Source of the DNA: a virus
Lineage: Duplodnaviria; Heunggongvirae; Uroviricota; Caudoviricetes
Virus record (IMG/VR): IMGVR_UViG_3300020735_000006
Location: 35,950-99,949 of that record
Reading direction: 5' to 3' (one strand)
Length of the DNA: 64,000 nucleotides
Every line of letters starts with the position of its first letter. Within the stretch, counting starts at the first letter, position 1. This document shows, in pieces, positions 18,078 through 29,362 of the stretch. The position numbers and the translations under genes are program-made. The notes beneath the pieces were generated by a model. The model saw only the letters and a list, made by a program, of their open reading frames with translations, made no database searches and had not been told where the DNA came from.

Positions 18078-18766
18078 AGATAGCATTATGCCTAAGTGGC
18101 GGACCGCGTTTTGAATATCGTGGGCTATTTCGATTAGTTGATGCACTTAAAGGTTACAATGAAGCTGACTTTTTTATTCGTACGTGGAAAAGTGAACAGT
18201 ACGGAGTAACTGCTGAACAGTTTGAAAACTACTTACGTGAAAATAGTCATGGTACATTAGATAAGTGTACATTCAGAGTAACACAAGTATTAGATGATAT
18301 TCCTGCGTATGCACCACCACCGAAGCGTCCACTCAATATAGCCGACTGGGCACCTAACTTTTTAGTCATGTGGTGGGGTATATTACAAAGTCATAAACTA
18401 ATGACAGACTATGTTGAACAAACAGGTACAGAGTATGATATGGTATTCCGTATGCGTACAGATATGGTACCACGCGGCGAAGTTGACTTATGTGACTATG
18501 CAGAAAAAGTAAAAACTAAAATGATCAATGCTGAGAATTTTGCTGATAACTTTTTATTCGGTAGTCCTGAGATGTACGCACGATTCCTAAGGTACTGGAA
18601 TTACCTAGATCATTTATCAACTACAGGTGAGTTTATACATCCGGAAGAAAGTTTAGAAAAATACTTTAAAGAAGTAGGTATAGACTACGAGTGCTTGCCG
18701 TTTATAGTAGAACCACAGTGGAACAAAGGCGAATACCGCGGACGCTGGAGAATGGACCATCAATGA
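18074..18766 (+). CDS. Hypothetical protein
   Basis: Start moved to the ATG at 18074: RBS AAGGA upstream and an ATGA overlap with the previous gene. The track ORF starts at 18047. Confidence 0.45.
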   Translation: MKIALCLSGGPRFEYRGLFRLVDALKGYNEADFFIRTWKSEQYGVTAEQFENYLRENSHGTLDKCTFRVTQVLDDIPAYAPPPKRPLNIADWAPNFLVMWWGILQSHKLMTDYVEQTGTEYDMVFRMRTDMVPRGEVDLCDYAEKVKTKMINAENFADNFLFGSPEMYARFLRYWNYLDHLSTTGEFIHPEESLEKYFKEVGIDYECLPFIVEPQWNKGEYRGRWRMDHQ

Positions 18767-19230
18767 TATACATAGCACACAGGGGGTTGTTTAATGGCCC
18801 AGACGATGGAATAGAAAATGACCCAGAGCAGATTAAGTTTGCTCTTAGTAAAGGATATGATTGCGAAGTAGACGTATGGTACAAAGCCGAAGACGAGTGG
18901 TTTCTAGGGCACGATGAACCTACGTATAATGTTAGCTACGATTTTATTGCACAAGGCGGATTATGGTTACATGCTAAGAATTTAGCCGCCTTGTATTACT
19001 TAACTGGCACGCCGCTTAATTACTTTTGGCACGAATCAGATTCACGTACATTAACAAGTCATCAATATATCTGGACCTATCCTGGGCACAAGTTGTCTAA
19101 GCATAGCATTATGGTTATGCCAGAAACAGTTGATCCCGAATTACTATCAACTAACGATGCTAACTGTTATGGAATATGTAGTGATTATATTGAAAAAATC
19201 ATTGACATACGGTCCGGCAAAGTTTTATAA
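18691..19230 (+). CDS. Glycerophosphodiester phosphodiesterase (GDPD)-like protein
   Basis: HRGLFNG…ENDPEQIKFALSKGYDCEVDVW…LGHDEP follows the HR-x-ENT-x-E-x-D-x-HD pattern of GDPD enzymes. Confidence 0.45.
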   Translation: MLAVYSRTTVEQRRIPRTLENGPSMIYIAHRGLFNGPDDGIENDPEQIKFALSKGYDCEVDVWYKAEDEWFLGHDEPTYNVSYDFIAQGGLWLHAKNLAALYYLTGTPLNYFWHESDSRTLTSHQYIWTYPGHKLSKHSIMVMPETVDPELLSTNDANCYGICSDYIEKIIDIRSGKVL

Positions 19231-19283
19231 TAAGCAATATCATAGTAAAATAAATACTAGCATCAATTAATAATGGAAGAAAC

Positions 19284-20324
19284 ATGTCAAAAAATGTACT
19301 AATAACAGGTGGTGCTGGATTTATCGCGCATCACGTCATCGATAAAATGCTTAAAGAAACAGACTACAATATTGTATGTTTAGATCGTTTAGACATTAGT
19401 GGTAACTTAAATCGTTTATATGATATGCTACAGGATCACGACCCTAAGATGGTTGCAGAGCGTATGCGTATTGTGTTCCACGATCTTAAAGCAGAATTAA
19501 ATGAAATGATTATCAAGGACATTGGCCCCATTGATATTATTTTACACTTAGCCGCAGGTAGTCACGTAGATCGCAGTATTGAATATCCACTGGAGTTCCT
19601 ACAAGATAACGTAGTGGGCACAGTTAACATGCTCGACTATGCACGTAAGCATTTGCCTAATTTGGAACGTTTTGTTTACTTCTCCACAGATGAAATCTTT
19701 GGTGTTGCTCCCCCAGGCGTAAGTTACAAAGAATATGATCGTTACAACTCAACTAATCCATATTCTGCTAGTAAAGCCGCAGGCGAAGAGTTCTGTGTTG
19801 CGTATGAAAACACTTACAAAATGCCTATTATTGTCACCCATACAATGAACGTATTTGGCGAACGTCAACATCCAGAGAAGTTTATTCCTATGTGTATTCA
19901 ACGTGCTCGTGATGGTGAGAAAGTATATATTCACGCTAACGCAGATTGTACAGAAGCAGGTACACGTATGTATATCCACGCACGTGATGTAGCAGATGGC
20001 TTGATGTTTATTCTAAATACATTACCTGCAGACTACAAACACACAGGCGATTATGGTTGGGCACATTGTCCTAAGTTTAACTTAGTAGGCACAGAAGAAG
20101 TTGATAACTTAACTTTAGCTAAAATGATTGCTGCTGCCCAGGGTAAAGAGTTAAATTACGAAATGGTTGACTTCCATGGATCACGTCCGGGGCATGATTT
20201 ACGTTATGCACTAGATGGTAGCCTGCTTAAAGAGCTAGGGTGGGAGCCGAAGATTAAACTTAGTGAACGTATTAAAGATATGACATTGTGGACATTAGAC
20301 AACAAACGTTGGTTGAGCAAATAA
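19284..20324 (+). CDS. dTDP-glucose 4,6-dehydratase-like NAD-dependent dehydratase
   Basis: VLITGGAGFIAHHV…IVCLDRLDISGN. Catalytic YSASKAAGE (YxxxK). Confidence 0.7.
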   Translation: MSKNVLITGGAGFIAHHVIDKMLKETDYNIVCLDRLDISGNLNRLYDMLQDHDPKMVAERMRIVFHDLKAELNEMIIKDIGPIDIILHLAAGSHVDRSIEYPLEFLQDNVVGTVNMLDYARKHLPNLERFVYFSTDEIFGVAPPGVSYKEYDRYNSTNPYSASKAAGEEFCVAYENTYKMPIIVTHTMNVFGERQHPEKFIPMCIQRARDGEKVYIHANADCTEAGTRMYIHARDVADGLMFILNTLPADYKHTGDYGWAHCPKFNLVGTEEVDNLTLAKMIAAAQGKELNYEMVDFHGSRPGHDLRYALDGSLLKELGWEPKIKLSERIKDMTLWTLDNKRWLSK

Positions 20325-20325
20325 T

Positions 20326-21042
20326 ATGACTAGACATGCATTTATCGTTACCTCTGCTATTAATAGTAAGTTTGGTGTGTTTACCCCAACACAACGATTA
20401 CAACAAACAATTGAAACTATTACTAGCATTAAAGCTAAAGTTCCTGATGCAATTATTGTTGTTATGGAATGTTGTGGCGAACCGATTAAAAAACTACAAG
20501 AAGATATTCTACGTGCCCATTGTCACGTATTTGTAGACTACAGTCGGGATGCCGAGGTACAAGCATTGTACGACAATGATAACTGGGACGTTGTAAAAAA
20601 TGGAACAGAGATTATGTGCTTTGGTCGTGCGTTAGCAGTATTGGCACACGAAGGATTGTTTACAAATGTTGATCGTATACATAAAATGTCTGGACGTTAT
20701 ATCCTAAATGATATGTTTGATCCTGCTACATACGATCAAACAGATGTCATTGATAAGATTGTTATTGGCCCTAAGTGTACAAGCCAATTCCCTCCAGAAG
20801 TAACACAAGTACCATTCCAGTATATGGCTCGTTTGTGGTCATGGCCAACTAGTCGAGTAGACGAAGTAGTTAAGGTATACAGCGATTCGTTTATTTTCTT
20901 TGCTGAACGTTTAAGCCAAGGCGGATATGTGGATATTGAGCATGTATTAGCTAAGTTCTTAAATCCAGCAGTAGTACATGAAATTCAAAATCTTGGTGTC
21001 GAAGGACAAATTGCACCTAACGGAACCCCAATTAAAAACTAA
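20326..21042 (+). CDS. Hypothetical protein
   Basis: 238-aa ORF, translationally coupled within the operon. Confidence 0.45.
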   Translation: MTRHAFIVTSAINSKFGVFTPTQRLQQTIETITSIKAKVPDAIIVVMECCGEPIKKLQEDILRAHCHVFVDYSRDAEVQALYDNDNWDVVKNGTEIMCFGRALAVLAHEGLFTNVDRIHKMSGRYILNDMFDPATYDQTDVIDKIVIGPKCTSQFPPEVTQVPFQYMARLWSWPTSRVDEVVKVYSDSFIFFAERLSQGGYVDIEHVLAKFLNPAVVHEIQNLGVEGQIAPNGTPIKN

Positions 21043-22265
21043 TGGAAGATTGCAAACAAATCACTGAATGTCTTGCCTGTGGCGGTCACGATCTGGTATT
21101 AACTTTAGATCTTAAAGATCAGCCATTGGCAAATAATTTTCAAAAGCATGGTGGAGTTAAAGATACCGACTTGTGGTTCCCTTTAGCTATTAACCGTTGT
21201 ACTAATTGTAATCACTTACAACTAACACACGCAGTTAATCCAGAAATTATTTATACACATTATCTTTATGTAAGTGGCACTAGCCAGACTAACAGAGATT
21301 TTATGAAATGGTTTGCAGGATTTGCCAAAGAACAGTTCGATCGTCCTGTGCTTAGTGTATTAGATATCGGGTGTAATGATGGTACACAATTAAACTTCTT
21401 AAAAGAACAACAATTTTTAACATACGGTGTAGATCCAGCAGAAAACTTATACCCTATTAGCAGTAAAGATCATAATATTGTTTGTGGATTCTGGGATGCG
21501 GAAAGTGCCAGTGGCCTAGGGCGTGACTTTGATGCAATCATAGCACAAAACAGTTTTGCACATAATCCTGATCCATTGCCATGGTTAAAGTTAGCCAAAG
21601 CATACTTAAAGAATGATGGAAAGATCTTTATTCAAACAAGTCAAGCAGATATGATTGTTAATGGTGAATTTGATACAATCTATCATGAGCACATTAGTTT
21701 CTACAATGCGTACAGTATGAAGTTGCTTGCCGAACGTGCCGGATTATATTTAATTGATGTTGTTAAACCCACTATCCACGGTACTAGTTATATCTTTATC
21801 TTAGCTAAACAACCAGCTAACGAATATCGTGTGGCAAATATTCTTGCGGTAGAGGAAGCTCTCGGATTACAGAACCCCGAAACTTACACTAAGTGGGCTG
21901 CAGGCGTTCGGGATCTAATTACAAAACTTAAAGATCAACTCGAATTATATCGCCATAATGGGTATGCTATTGTTGGGTATGGCGCTGCTGCTAAAGGAAT
22001 GACCTTACTTAATGCAAGTGATATTCACTTAGACGCAGTTGTAGATGACAATCCGTTAAAACAAGGATTGTTCTGCCCGGGCACAGCTATTCCCGTAGTC
22101 AGCCCAGATTATATTAAAGGTTTCACAGACCGAGACAGCATTGTATTTGTTCCGCTTGCTTGGAATTTTTACGATGAGATTGTAAAAAATATTCGCAAGG
22201 TACGTGATAACAAAAACGATATGTTTATTAAGTATTTTCCTGAAATAACACACGAATTTTTTTAA
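21042..22265 (+). CDS. NDP-hexose C-methyltransferase (TylCIII-like)
   Basis: N-terminal zinc-ribbon CLACGG…CTNCNHLQL followed by a class I methyltransferase core (VLDIGCNDG). Architecture typical of sugar C-3 methyltransferases. Confidence 0.6.
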   Translation: MEDCKQITECLACGGHDLVLTLDLKDQPLANNFQKHGGVKDTDLWFPLAINRCTNCNHLQLTHAVNPEIIYTHYLYVSGTSQTNRDFMKWFAGFAKEQFDRPVLSVLDIGCNDGTQLNFLKEQQFLTYGVDPAENLYPISSKDHNIVCGFWDAESASGLGRDFDAIIAQNSFAHNPDPLPWLKLAKAYLKNDGKIFIQTSQADMIVNGEFDTIYHEHISFYNAYSMKLLAERAGLYLIDVVKPTIHGTSYIFILAKQPANEYRVANILAVEEALGLQNPETYTKWAAGVRDLITKLKDQLELYRHNGYAIVGYGAAAKGMTLLNASDIHLDAVVDDNPLKQGLFCPGTAIPVVSPDYIKGFTDRDSIVFVPLAWNFYDEIVKNIRKVRDNKNDMFIKYFPEITHEFF

Positions 22266-22633
22266 TGAGTACCTTCCATTTTCCTATAATTGAATTAGTT
22301 GACAGATACACTATTGCTCGTGTAAAATACGAAAAGACCAATGGTGCTAATAGTGCTGAATTATCCTTTTATCAACTTGAAATCAATAAACTCGATATTA
22401 ATTTAATTAAAGATGATCTGCTGGCACTAGAAGATATACATCGCCGTATTTGGGCAATGGAAGATGATTTTAAAAAGTGTCGAATTGATGGTGCACCACT
22501 TAGCGATATCGGGCAACGTGCTTTAGACATACGAGATTTAAACAATCATAGAGTAGCATACAAAAATTCTATAGCAGAGAAGTTAAATGATCCTGTTAGA
22601 GAAATTAAACAAGACCACACAAGTGAAAATTGA
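22265..22633 (+). CDS. Hypothetical protein
   Basis: 122-aa ORF, operon-coupled. Confidence 0.45.
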   Translation: MSTFHFPIIELVDRYTIARVKYEKTNGANSAELSFYQLEINKLDINLIKDDLLALEDIHRRIWAMEDDFKKCRIDGAPLSDIGQRALDIRDLNNHRVAYKNSIAEKLNDPVREIKQDHTSEN

Positions 22634-23516
22634 AACACCCGTAACCATACTAGTTAAACGCAGAGCCGCCCTGGGCGATGTAGTAATGAGTACCGCAGTT
22701 GTGCGAGAGTTGTACAAGAAGTACGACGGTAAATGCTCTATTACTGTAGAAACAGAATTCCCACTTATATATAAAAACAATCCTTACATTGTTGATTTAC
22801 GCAATTGGGGAGAAGTTAATACTAGTGACTTTGATGTTGTTGTTAACTTAGATGACGCATACGAATTAAATCCAGATAATCATTTTATTGATAGTATGCT
22901 ATTCCGTGCATTTGGTGATAGCATAGGACGGTTAAATCGTGCGCCAGATTTACACGCAGACGATGCCGACAAAAGTATCGTAGACGCAGACATAAAAGAT
23001 ATAGGCCCATTCTTTGCGGTTCATATGCGTAACTGGCATTGGGCATTAAAGAATATCGGTATTGAAATTTGGTGTGATATTTTTGCTAAGGTGTTTGAAC
23101 AGAACGCAGATACTAAAGTTATGGTAATTGGTGGCCCAACAGATTATACGTTAGATCATCCATTGTTTATTGATGCACGTGCTAAGTACACACCACAACA
23201 GTTAGCATACTTGCTCAATTCTGCAGAATGTTTTGTTGGTATAGATTCTGGACCATTTAACATTGCTGCCGCAAGCGATACACATATTATTGGATTGTTA
23301 ACACACAACCCACCTAAAAATATCATGCCCATCCGTAAGTTTGATGCAGGATGGCATACTACAGCAATACAAGCTGACATTGATTGTGTTGGCTGTAACG
23401 TAAATCAAGCTCGTCCCGTAAGAGGAATTAATTGTATACACGGTGATTTCCGTTGTAACAAGTTATGGGACACACAAAAAATTGCCAACGCTATATTAAC
23501 ACAAATAGGAAAATAA
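22587..23516 (+). CDS. Glycosyltransferase family 9 (heptosyltransferase-like)
   Basis: ILVKRRAALGDVVMSTAVVREL matches the GT9 N-terminal motif ILVIRxxxLGDVVxxTPxxRAL. The start may lie downstream; the track ORF overlaps the previous gene by 47 nt. Confidence 0.55.
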   Translation: MILLEKLNKTTQVKIETPVTILVKRRAALGDVVMSTAVVRELYKKYDGKCSITVETEFPLIYKNNPYIVDLRNWGEVNTSDFDVVVNLDDAYELNPDNHFIDSMLFRAFGDSIGRLNRAPDLHADDADKSIVDADIKDIGPFFAVHMRNWHWALKNIGIEIWCDIFAKVFEQNADTKVMVIGGPTDYTLDHPLFIDARAKYTPQQLAYLLNSAECFVGIDSGPFNIAAASDTHIIGLLTHNPPKNIMPIRKFDAGWHTTAIQADIDCVGCNVNQARPVRGINCIHGDFRCNKLWDTQKIANAILTQIGK

Positions 23517-24245
23517 ATGCCAAACATTGTAATTACAGATCAAGTATATCAAGACCATCCGCAAGTTCAAGTTGTTAAAGATTGTTTTGAATTAGCTCAA
23601 CAAGGTATTAGTGCGATTCCGCCTTATGCCTTAACAATCCCCGGAATGAGTGGAATTGTATACCGTAGATTTATTAACAACTATGTACGCACTCTAATAG
23701 CGCCAAAGTACTTAGAAGTTGGTGTATGGACAGGTAGTACATTGTGTGCGGCTATCGGCGGCATTGATAATGTACGTGCAGTGGCCGTAGATAACTATTC
23801 AGAAAGCTATCCGCACTACTCTACAAGTCCAGAAGCAGACTGCCGCCATAATGTGGCTACTGTTAAGATTGACACAGCCAATCTTGAGTTATTATTAAAT
23901 CAAGCATTTGAAACATTTGAACCTGCTCCATATGGTCCATTTAACGTTTACATGTATGATGGTTACCACGATGAAGAAAGTCAATTCCAAGGCATTGACA
24001 AAGTTGCTCCTTGCTTAGAAGAGATTAGTTTAATTGTAGTTGATGATTGGAACGATAACGAATACTTCCCAACTGAATACAAAGGTGTTACATATGGTAG
24101 CCGCGAAAAAGCTGGAACATATCGTGCATTTGATCAAGTTGGTCTAGAGCTACTATACAAGATTGAAGTTGAAACAGGTGAAAACCCAATGTTCCCAAGT
24201 GATTGGCACAACGGATACGGAATCTTCTTAGTTAAAAAGATCTAA
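23517..24245 (+). CDS. Putative class I methyltransferase (O-methyltransferase family 3-like)
   Basis: YLEVGVWTGS motif-I-like and VYMYDGYHDEES (FIDxDH-like) blocks. Confidence 0.4.
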   Translation: MPNIVITDQVYQDHPQVQVVKDCFELAQQGISAIPPYALTIPGMSGIVYRRFINNYVRTLIAPKYLEVGVWTGSTLCAAIGGIDNVRAVAVDNYSESYPHYSTSPEADCRHNVATVKIDTANLELLLNQAFETFEPAPYGPFNVYMYDGYHDEESQFQGIDKVAPCLEEISLIVVDDWNDNEYFPTEYKGVTYGSREKAGTYRAFDQVGLELLYKIEVETGENPMFPSDWHNGYGIFLVKKI

Positions 24246-25006
24246 TGACAACATTTTTACATTCTGGAACTGCCGGTGATACTGTATATAGTTTAGCCGC
24301 AGTTAAAAAAATGGGTGGTGGCGAGTTTCAGATTGGTATTCGCAACCTAGAGCGTATTTTACCTACATACGGCTATCGTGCAGAGGATTGTGATCCAGCA
24401 CACCGAGGTCGTTACACAGAACGAGACTACGAGCTATTAGCACCATTGATTGAGCGTCAAACGTATATAACTAAGGTTACTCCTTGGCACGATGGTGATA
24501 ATAGGCCGGATGTAAACTTAGATCAATATCGTGCAGTACTGTATCGTACATTCGAAGGCAATATTGTTGAAAGCTATTTTAAAACATTCAACTTACCTTT
24601 TATGATGCAAGATTACGATACACCTTGGTTAGAAGCAGACGCAATTACTGAAGCCGCTATTATTGTAAACTCAACACCACGCTATAGAGATCCAGAAGCA
24701 TTTGGTACTTGGTTACAAATGTGTGCAGATGCCGAACTAGACAAAAATGGATTGTTTGTGGGCACTATTGCAGAATACGATGCGTTTGTTACCGCTACTA
24801 AATGTAATATTAAATATCGCCCGGTTAAGGACTTTTTGGAACTAGCCGGACTTATCGAAGGTGCAGACTTATTTTTGGGTAATCAAAGTATGGCACTTAG
24901 TATTGCTATGGGTTTGGGCAAAGCTAGTGTAGTTGAATTGCATAAAATCAAACCGATGCAGTATAGAGAATGTTTCTTCCCTAGAACTAACATTACCTAT
25001 TTCTAA
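24245..25006 (+). CDS. Putative GT9-like glycosyltransferase
   Basis: C-terminal LAGLIEGADLFLGNQSMALSIAMGLGK resembles the GT9 C-terminal GNDSGPMHLAAALG region. Confidence 0.4.
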   Translation: MTTFLHSGTAGDTVYSLAAVKKMGGGEFQIGIRNLERILPTYGYRAEDCDPAHRGRYTERDYELLAPLIERQTYITKVTPWHDGDNRPDVNLDQYRAVLYRTFEGNIVESYFKTFNLPFMMQDYDTPWLEADAITEAAIIVNSTPRYRDPEAFGTWLQMCADAELDKNGLFVGTIAEYDAFVTATKCNIKYRPVKDFLELAGLIEGADLFLGNQSMALSIAMGLGKASVVELHKIKPMQYRECFFPRTNITYF

Positions 25007-25032
25007 ATGATAAATAATTTTGTAAGTAGTTG

Positions 25033-25062
25033 TTGACAATACTTACAATTCTGTAGTACAAT
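25033..25062 (+). promoter_or_regulatory. Sigma70-type promoter TTGACA-N18-TACAAT upstream of groES
   Basis: Consensus -35 hexamer and a good -10. No CIRCE inverted repeat seen. Confidence 0.5.
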
Positions 25063-25100
25063 AAAAAATAAATTTAATTTAATCATTCACAAAGGAGATC

Positions 25101-27031
<1,931 letters not shown>

Positions 27032-27048
27032 GTTAGTAAATGTAAAAG

Positions 27049-27078
27049 AAGAGCCCCTTAATTGGGGCTTTTCCTTTT
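27049..27078 (+). terminator. Rho-independent terminator after groEL
   Basis: AGCCCC-TTAATT-GGGGCT hairpin followed by a T-rich tract. Confidence 0.7.
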
Positions 27079-27110
27079 ATGATAAATACTTTATAGATAA
27101 AGGAAATATC

Positions 27111-27341
27111 ATGACAGTCACAGTACAACAAGTATATAACTATAACCATACACCGGAACAATCTGCGCCGTTTAGTTACAAACTCGCAGAAATGAAAGAA
27201 CTTGGAACATTTGTTGAAACAAACTTCCCCGAAGGTGAACCTGGCCCAATTCTTACATTTACCACAGAGGAAGCGGCTAATGAATATGTTGCATTTATGA
27301 GTAACTTAAATCCAGTAAGTACCACTATTACTCCGGCATAA
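27111..27341 (+). CDS. Hypothetical small protein
   Basis: 76 aa. RBS AAAGGAAA upstream. Confidence 0.5.
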   Translation: MTVTVQQVYNYNHTPEQSAPFSYKLAEMKELGTFVETNFPEGEPGPILTFTTEEAANEYVAFMSNLNPVSTTITPA

Positions 27342-27362
27342 GTTAGCACACACTAACATAAT

Positions 27363-27386
27363 AAACCCGCTAAGGCGGGTTTTTTG
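27363..27386 (+). terminator. Rho-independent terminator
   Basis: ACCCGC-TAAG-GCGGGT hairpin plus TTTTT. Confidence 0.7.
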
Positions 27387-27415
27387 TTGACTAAAAATAC
27401 CCAAAATAGTATAAT
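27387..27415 (+). promoter_or_regulatory. Early-type promoter TTGACT-N17-TATAAT
   Basis: Perfect -10 and near-perfect -35 with 17-bp spacer. Spacer shares CCCAAAAT with the repeated promoter family. Confidence 0.55.
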
Positions 27416-27424
27416 AGAAGTATT

Positions 27425-27748
27425 ATGAAAATTGTAAAGCTATCTAATAGACACAAAGCCCATAAAAAGTGGGGATTTGCCATTGGCTTACGTTTTACTG
27501 AGTATGGCAATGATGCTCGCCAAGTATGTGAGTATCTGGAAAACGCATACAAGACCTATAGTTTCCAAAAGCCAGACTGGCGTTGGTCAAATGCCAAGAT
27601 TGAATGGTATGCGGACTTTGGTAATCGCCCAGCTCGATCAATTCATATTATGAATGACTATCGTCCACGTCCATATTGGATTTATTTGAAAAATGATGCA
27701 GACGTTAGTATGCTTATATTAACTGGGCTACTAGATGAAAATCGTTAA
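27425..27748 (+). CDS. Small protein, tandem paralog 1 of 3
   Basis: Begins MKIVKLSNR, ends LDENR. Overlaps the next paralog's start by 14 nt. Confidence 0.55.
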   Translation: MKIVKLSNRHKAHKKWGFAIGLRFTEYGNDARQVCEYLENAYKTYSFQKPDWRWSNAKIEWYADFGNRPARSIHIMNDYRPRPYWIYLKNDADVSMLILTGLLDENR

Positions 27749-28025
27749 ATTAGATCGTCGCTATACACAATGCCGTCTAAACAACTACTGGATAGCCTTG
27801 CACTTTGATGAGGAATACGATAGTAAGCCTAACTGGGGTCAGCCATTTTGGATAAAGCGTAAACTAGTAGACCATTATGGCCCGGGTGGCTATGCTGTGT
27901 GTAATAATCCTAGTCCGTGGTATAATGAATATGTTGGTAACTATTTAGAAATAATATATCTAAGAGACGAGTCAATGTTGACCTTCTTAGAGTTGAGTGG
28001 AGCATTTTTTGATGAAAATAATTAA
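27735..28025 (+). CDS. Small protein, tandem paralog 2 of 3
   Basis: Begins MKIVKLDRRY, ends FFDENN. Same W/Y-rich pattern. Confidence 0.55.
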   Translation: MKIVKLDRRYTQCRLNNYWIALHFDEEYDSKPNWGQPFWIKRKLVDHYGPGGYAVCNNPSPWYNEYVGNYLEIIYLRDESMLTFLELSGAFFDENN

Positions 28026-28296
28026 ACTAGATGGTAGATACGCAGGTTTCCCTAAGTGGAAATATGCCTTAGACTTTGGTAAGCACAAGTACGGCAAGCT
28101 ACCTAGACTAAAATATGCTGTGGGATTTAAAAAGTTATTCGGCCCAGACCGTTGGCACAATCCTGACCCTACTGTACGAGTGTTTGACCGTAACTGGTAT
28201 TTGTTTAACGAAAACTGGTATAACGACATCAAACACGGCCGTATCTTGTATAACAATGAATCGGACTTGAGTGCAGTACTACTCATGTTAGAATAA
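28012..28296 (+). CDS. Small protein, tandem paralog 3 of 3
   Basis: Start placed at the ATG at 28012 (MKIIKLDGRY), reproducing the 14-nt overlap geometry of paralogs 1 and 2. Confidence 0.5.
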   Translation: MKIIKLDGRYAGFPKWKYALDFGKHKYGKLPRLKYAVGFKKLFGPDRWHNPDPTVRVFDRNWYLFNENWYNDIKHGRILYNNESDLSAVLLMLE

Positions 28297-28297
28297 T

Positions 28298-28570
28298 ATG
28301 ACAACTATTAAAATACCACGTCAACCACAGCGTAATGGAATTAGGCTTAAAGAAGTAATTCCATTCCTTAAGGAAACACTTGGCGAATTTGAAGGACGCA
28401 TGTATGCTGGCCCCGGCTGGCGGTTCCAAATTAAGGATTGGAAGAATATTGGATGTGGCCGAAAACTTGTCCCTAGTATGATCTACGGTGGCGATACTGA
28501 ACCTGCACACTACTTGTTGGATGTACTAGATCCCGAAATGGCGTTGCTTATTAGTTTAAAGTTTGCTTGA
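28298..28570 (+). CDS. Hypothetical small protein
   Basis: 90-aa ORF immediately after the paralog array. Confidence 0.5.
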   Translation: MTTIKIPRQPQRNGIRLKEVIPFLKETLGEFEGRMYAGPGWRFQIKDWKNIGCGRKLVPSMIYGGDTEPAHYLLDVLDPEMALLISLKFA

Positions 28571-28595
28571 CCAATAATTCCCAATATTGTATAAT
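28567..28595 (+). promoter_or_regulatory. Early promoter TTGACC-N17-TATAAT (repeat family member)
   Basis: Spacer AATAATTCCCAATATTG. Confidence 0.55.
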
Positions 28596-28619
28596 GGTTG
28601 TATTAATTAAAGGACATAA

Positions 28620-29090
28620 ATGCTCTACTTCGCTTATGGTATGAATACTAACCGGGCCCAAATGGCCGACCGTTGTCCGATGGCCAAAAGCCTCGGACGG
28701 GCAGTATTAATGAACCATGAATTTCGATTTGCCCGTCACGCAGATATAATCGTAAATCCCGAATATAATACCCAAGGAGTATTATGGGATATTACTCCAG
28801 AATGTGAAAAGAATCTAGATGCATTAGAAGGGTTTCCTAATTATTATCTAAAGAAAACAGTTAGGGTATTACATAATAATAAGGCCGTAGAATGTATGAC
28901 TTATTATATGGCTGGAGAGAATATAGATGAAATGCCGTCGGATGGGTATTTAGAAATGTTATTCGAAGGTTATAAAGCACATAATGTTGATGATTATCAA
29001 ATATATGAAAGTTTAGCATTAATCGATAGTATTAAAGAGCGTCAGAAACAAATACAAAACAAATATTTTAACGAACAATATTGGGAATAA
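28620..29090 (+). CDS. Gamma-glutamyl cyclotransferase (GGCT/AIG2)-like protein
   Basis: N-terminal YFAYGMNTN…M..RCP resembles the YFAYGSNL motif of the GGCT/AIG2 fold. Confidence 0.55.
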   Translation: MLYFAYGMNTNRAQMADRCPMAKSLGRAVLMNHEFRFARHADIIVNPEYNTQGVLWDITPECEKNLDALEGFPNYYLKKTVRVLHNNKAVECMTYYMAGENIDEMPSDGYLEMLFEGYKAHNVDDYQIYESLALIDSIKERQKQIQNKYFNEQYWE

Positions 29091-29091
29091 T

Positions 29092-29298
29092 ATGAAACTA
29101 AAGAATATGATTATCGAATCTGAATATGATAATGCTTTCCCTGAAAATCAAGAATTTATTGATTGGGTTAATTGTATTGATTATGAATATAACGAAGCCG
29201 ATAATGTTCCGGCATTAACAGTAACAGAACGCACTAATATTGTGTTGCATAAAAACAACACCGAAGACTATAGCCCGTATAGCACCGTGAACAGTTGA
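29092..29298 (+). CDS. Hypothetical small acidic protein
   Basis: 68-aa ORF. Confidence 0.45.
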   Translation: MKLKNMIIESEYDNAFPENQEFIDWVNCIDYEYNEADNVPALTVTERTNIVLHKNNTEDYSPYSTVNS

Positions 29299-29304
29299 TT
29301 TTGG

Positions 29305-29333
29305 TAGACCGCTAATTCCCAAAATGTTATACT
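29305..29333 (+). promoter_or_regulatory. Early promoter variant TAGACC-N17-TATACT
   Basis: Same spacer family (CTAATTCCCAAAATGT). Confidence 0.4.
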
Positions 29334-29362
29334 ATTGTTATAGTAATTAATAAGGAGTAGCT

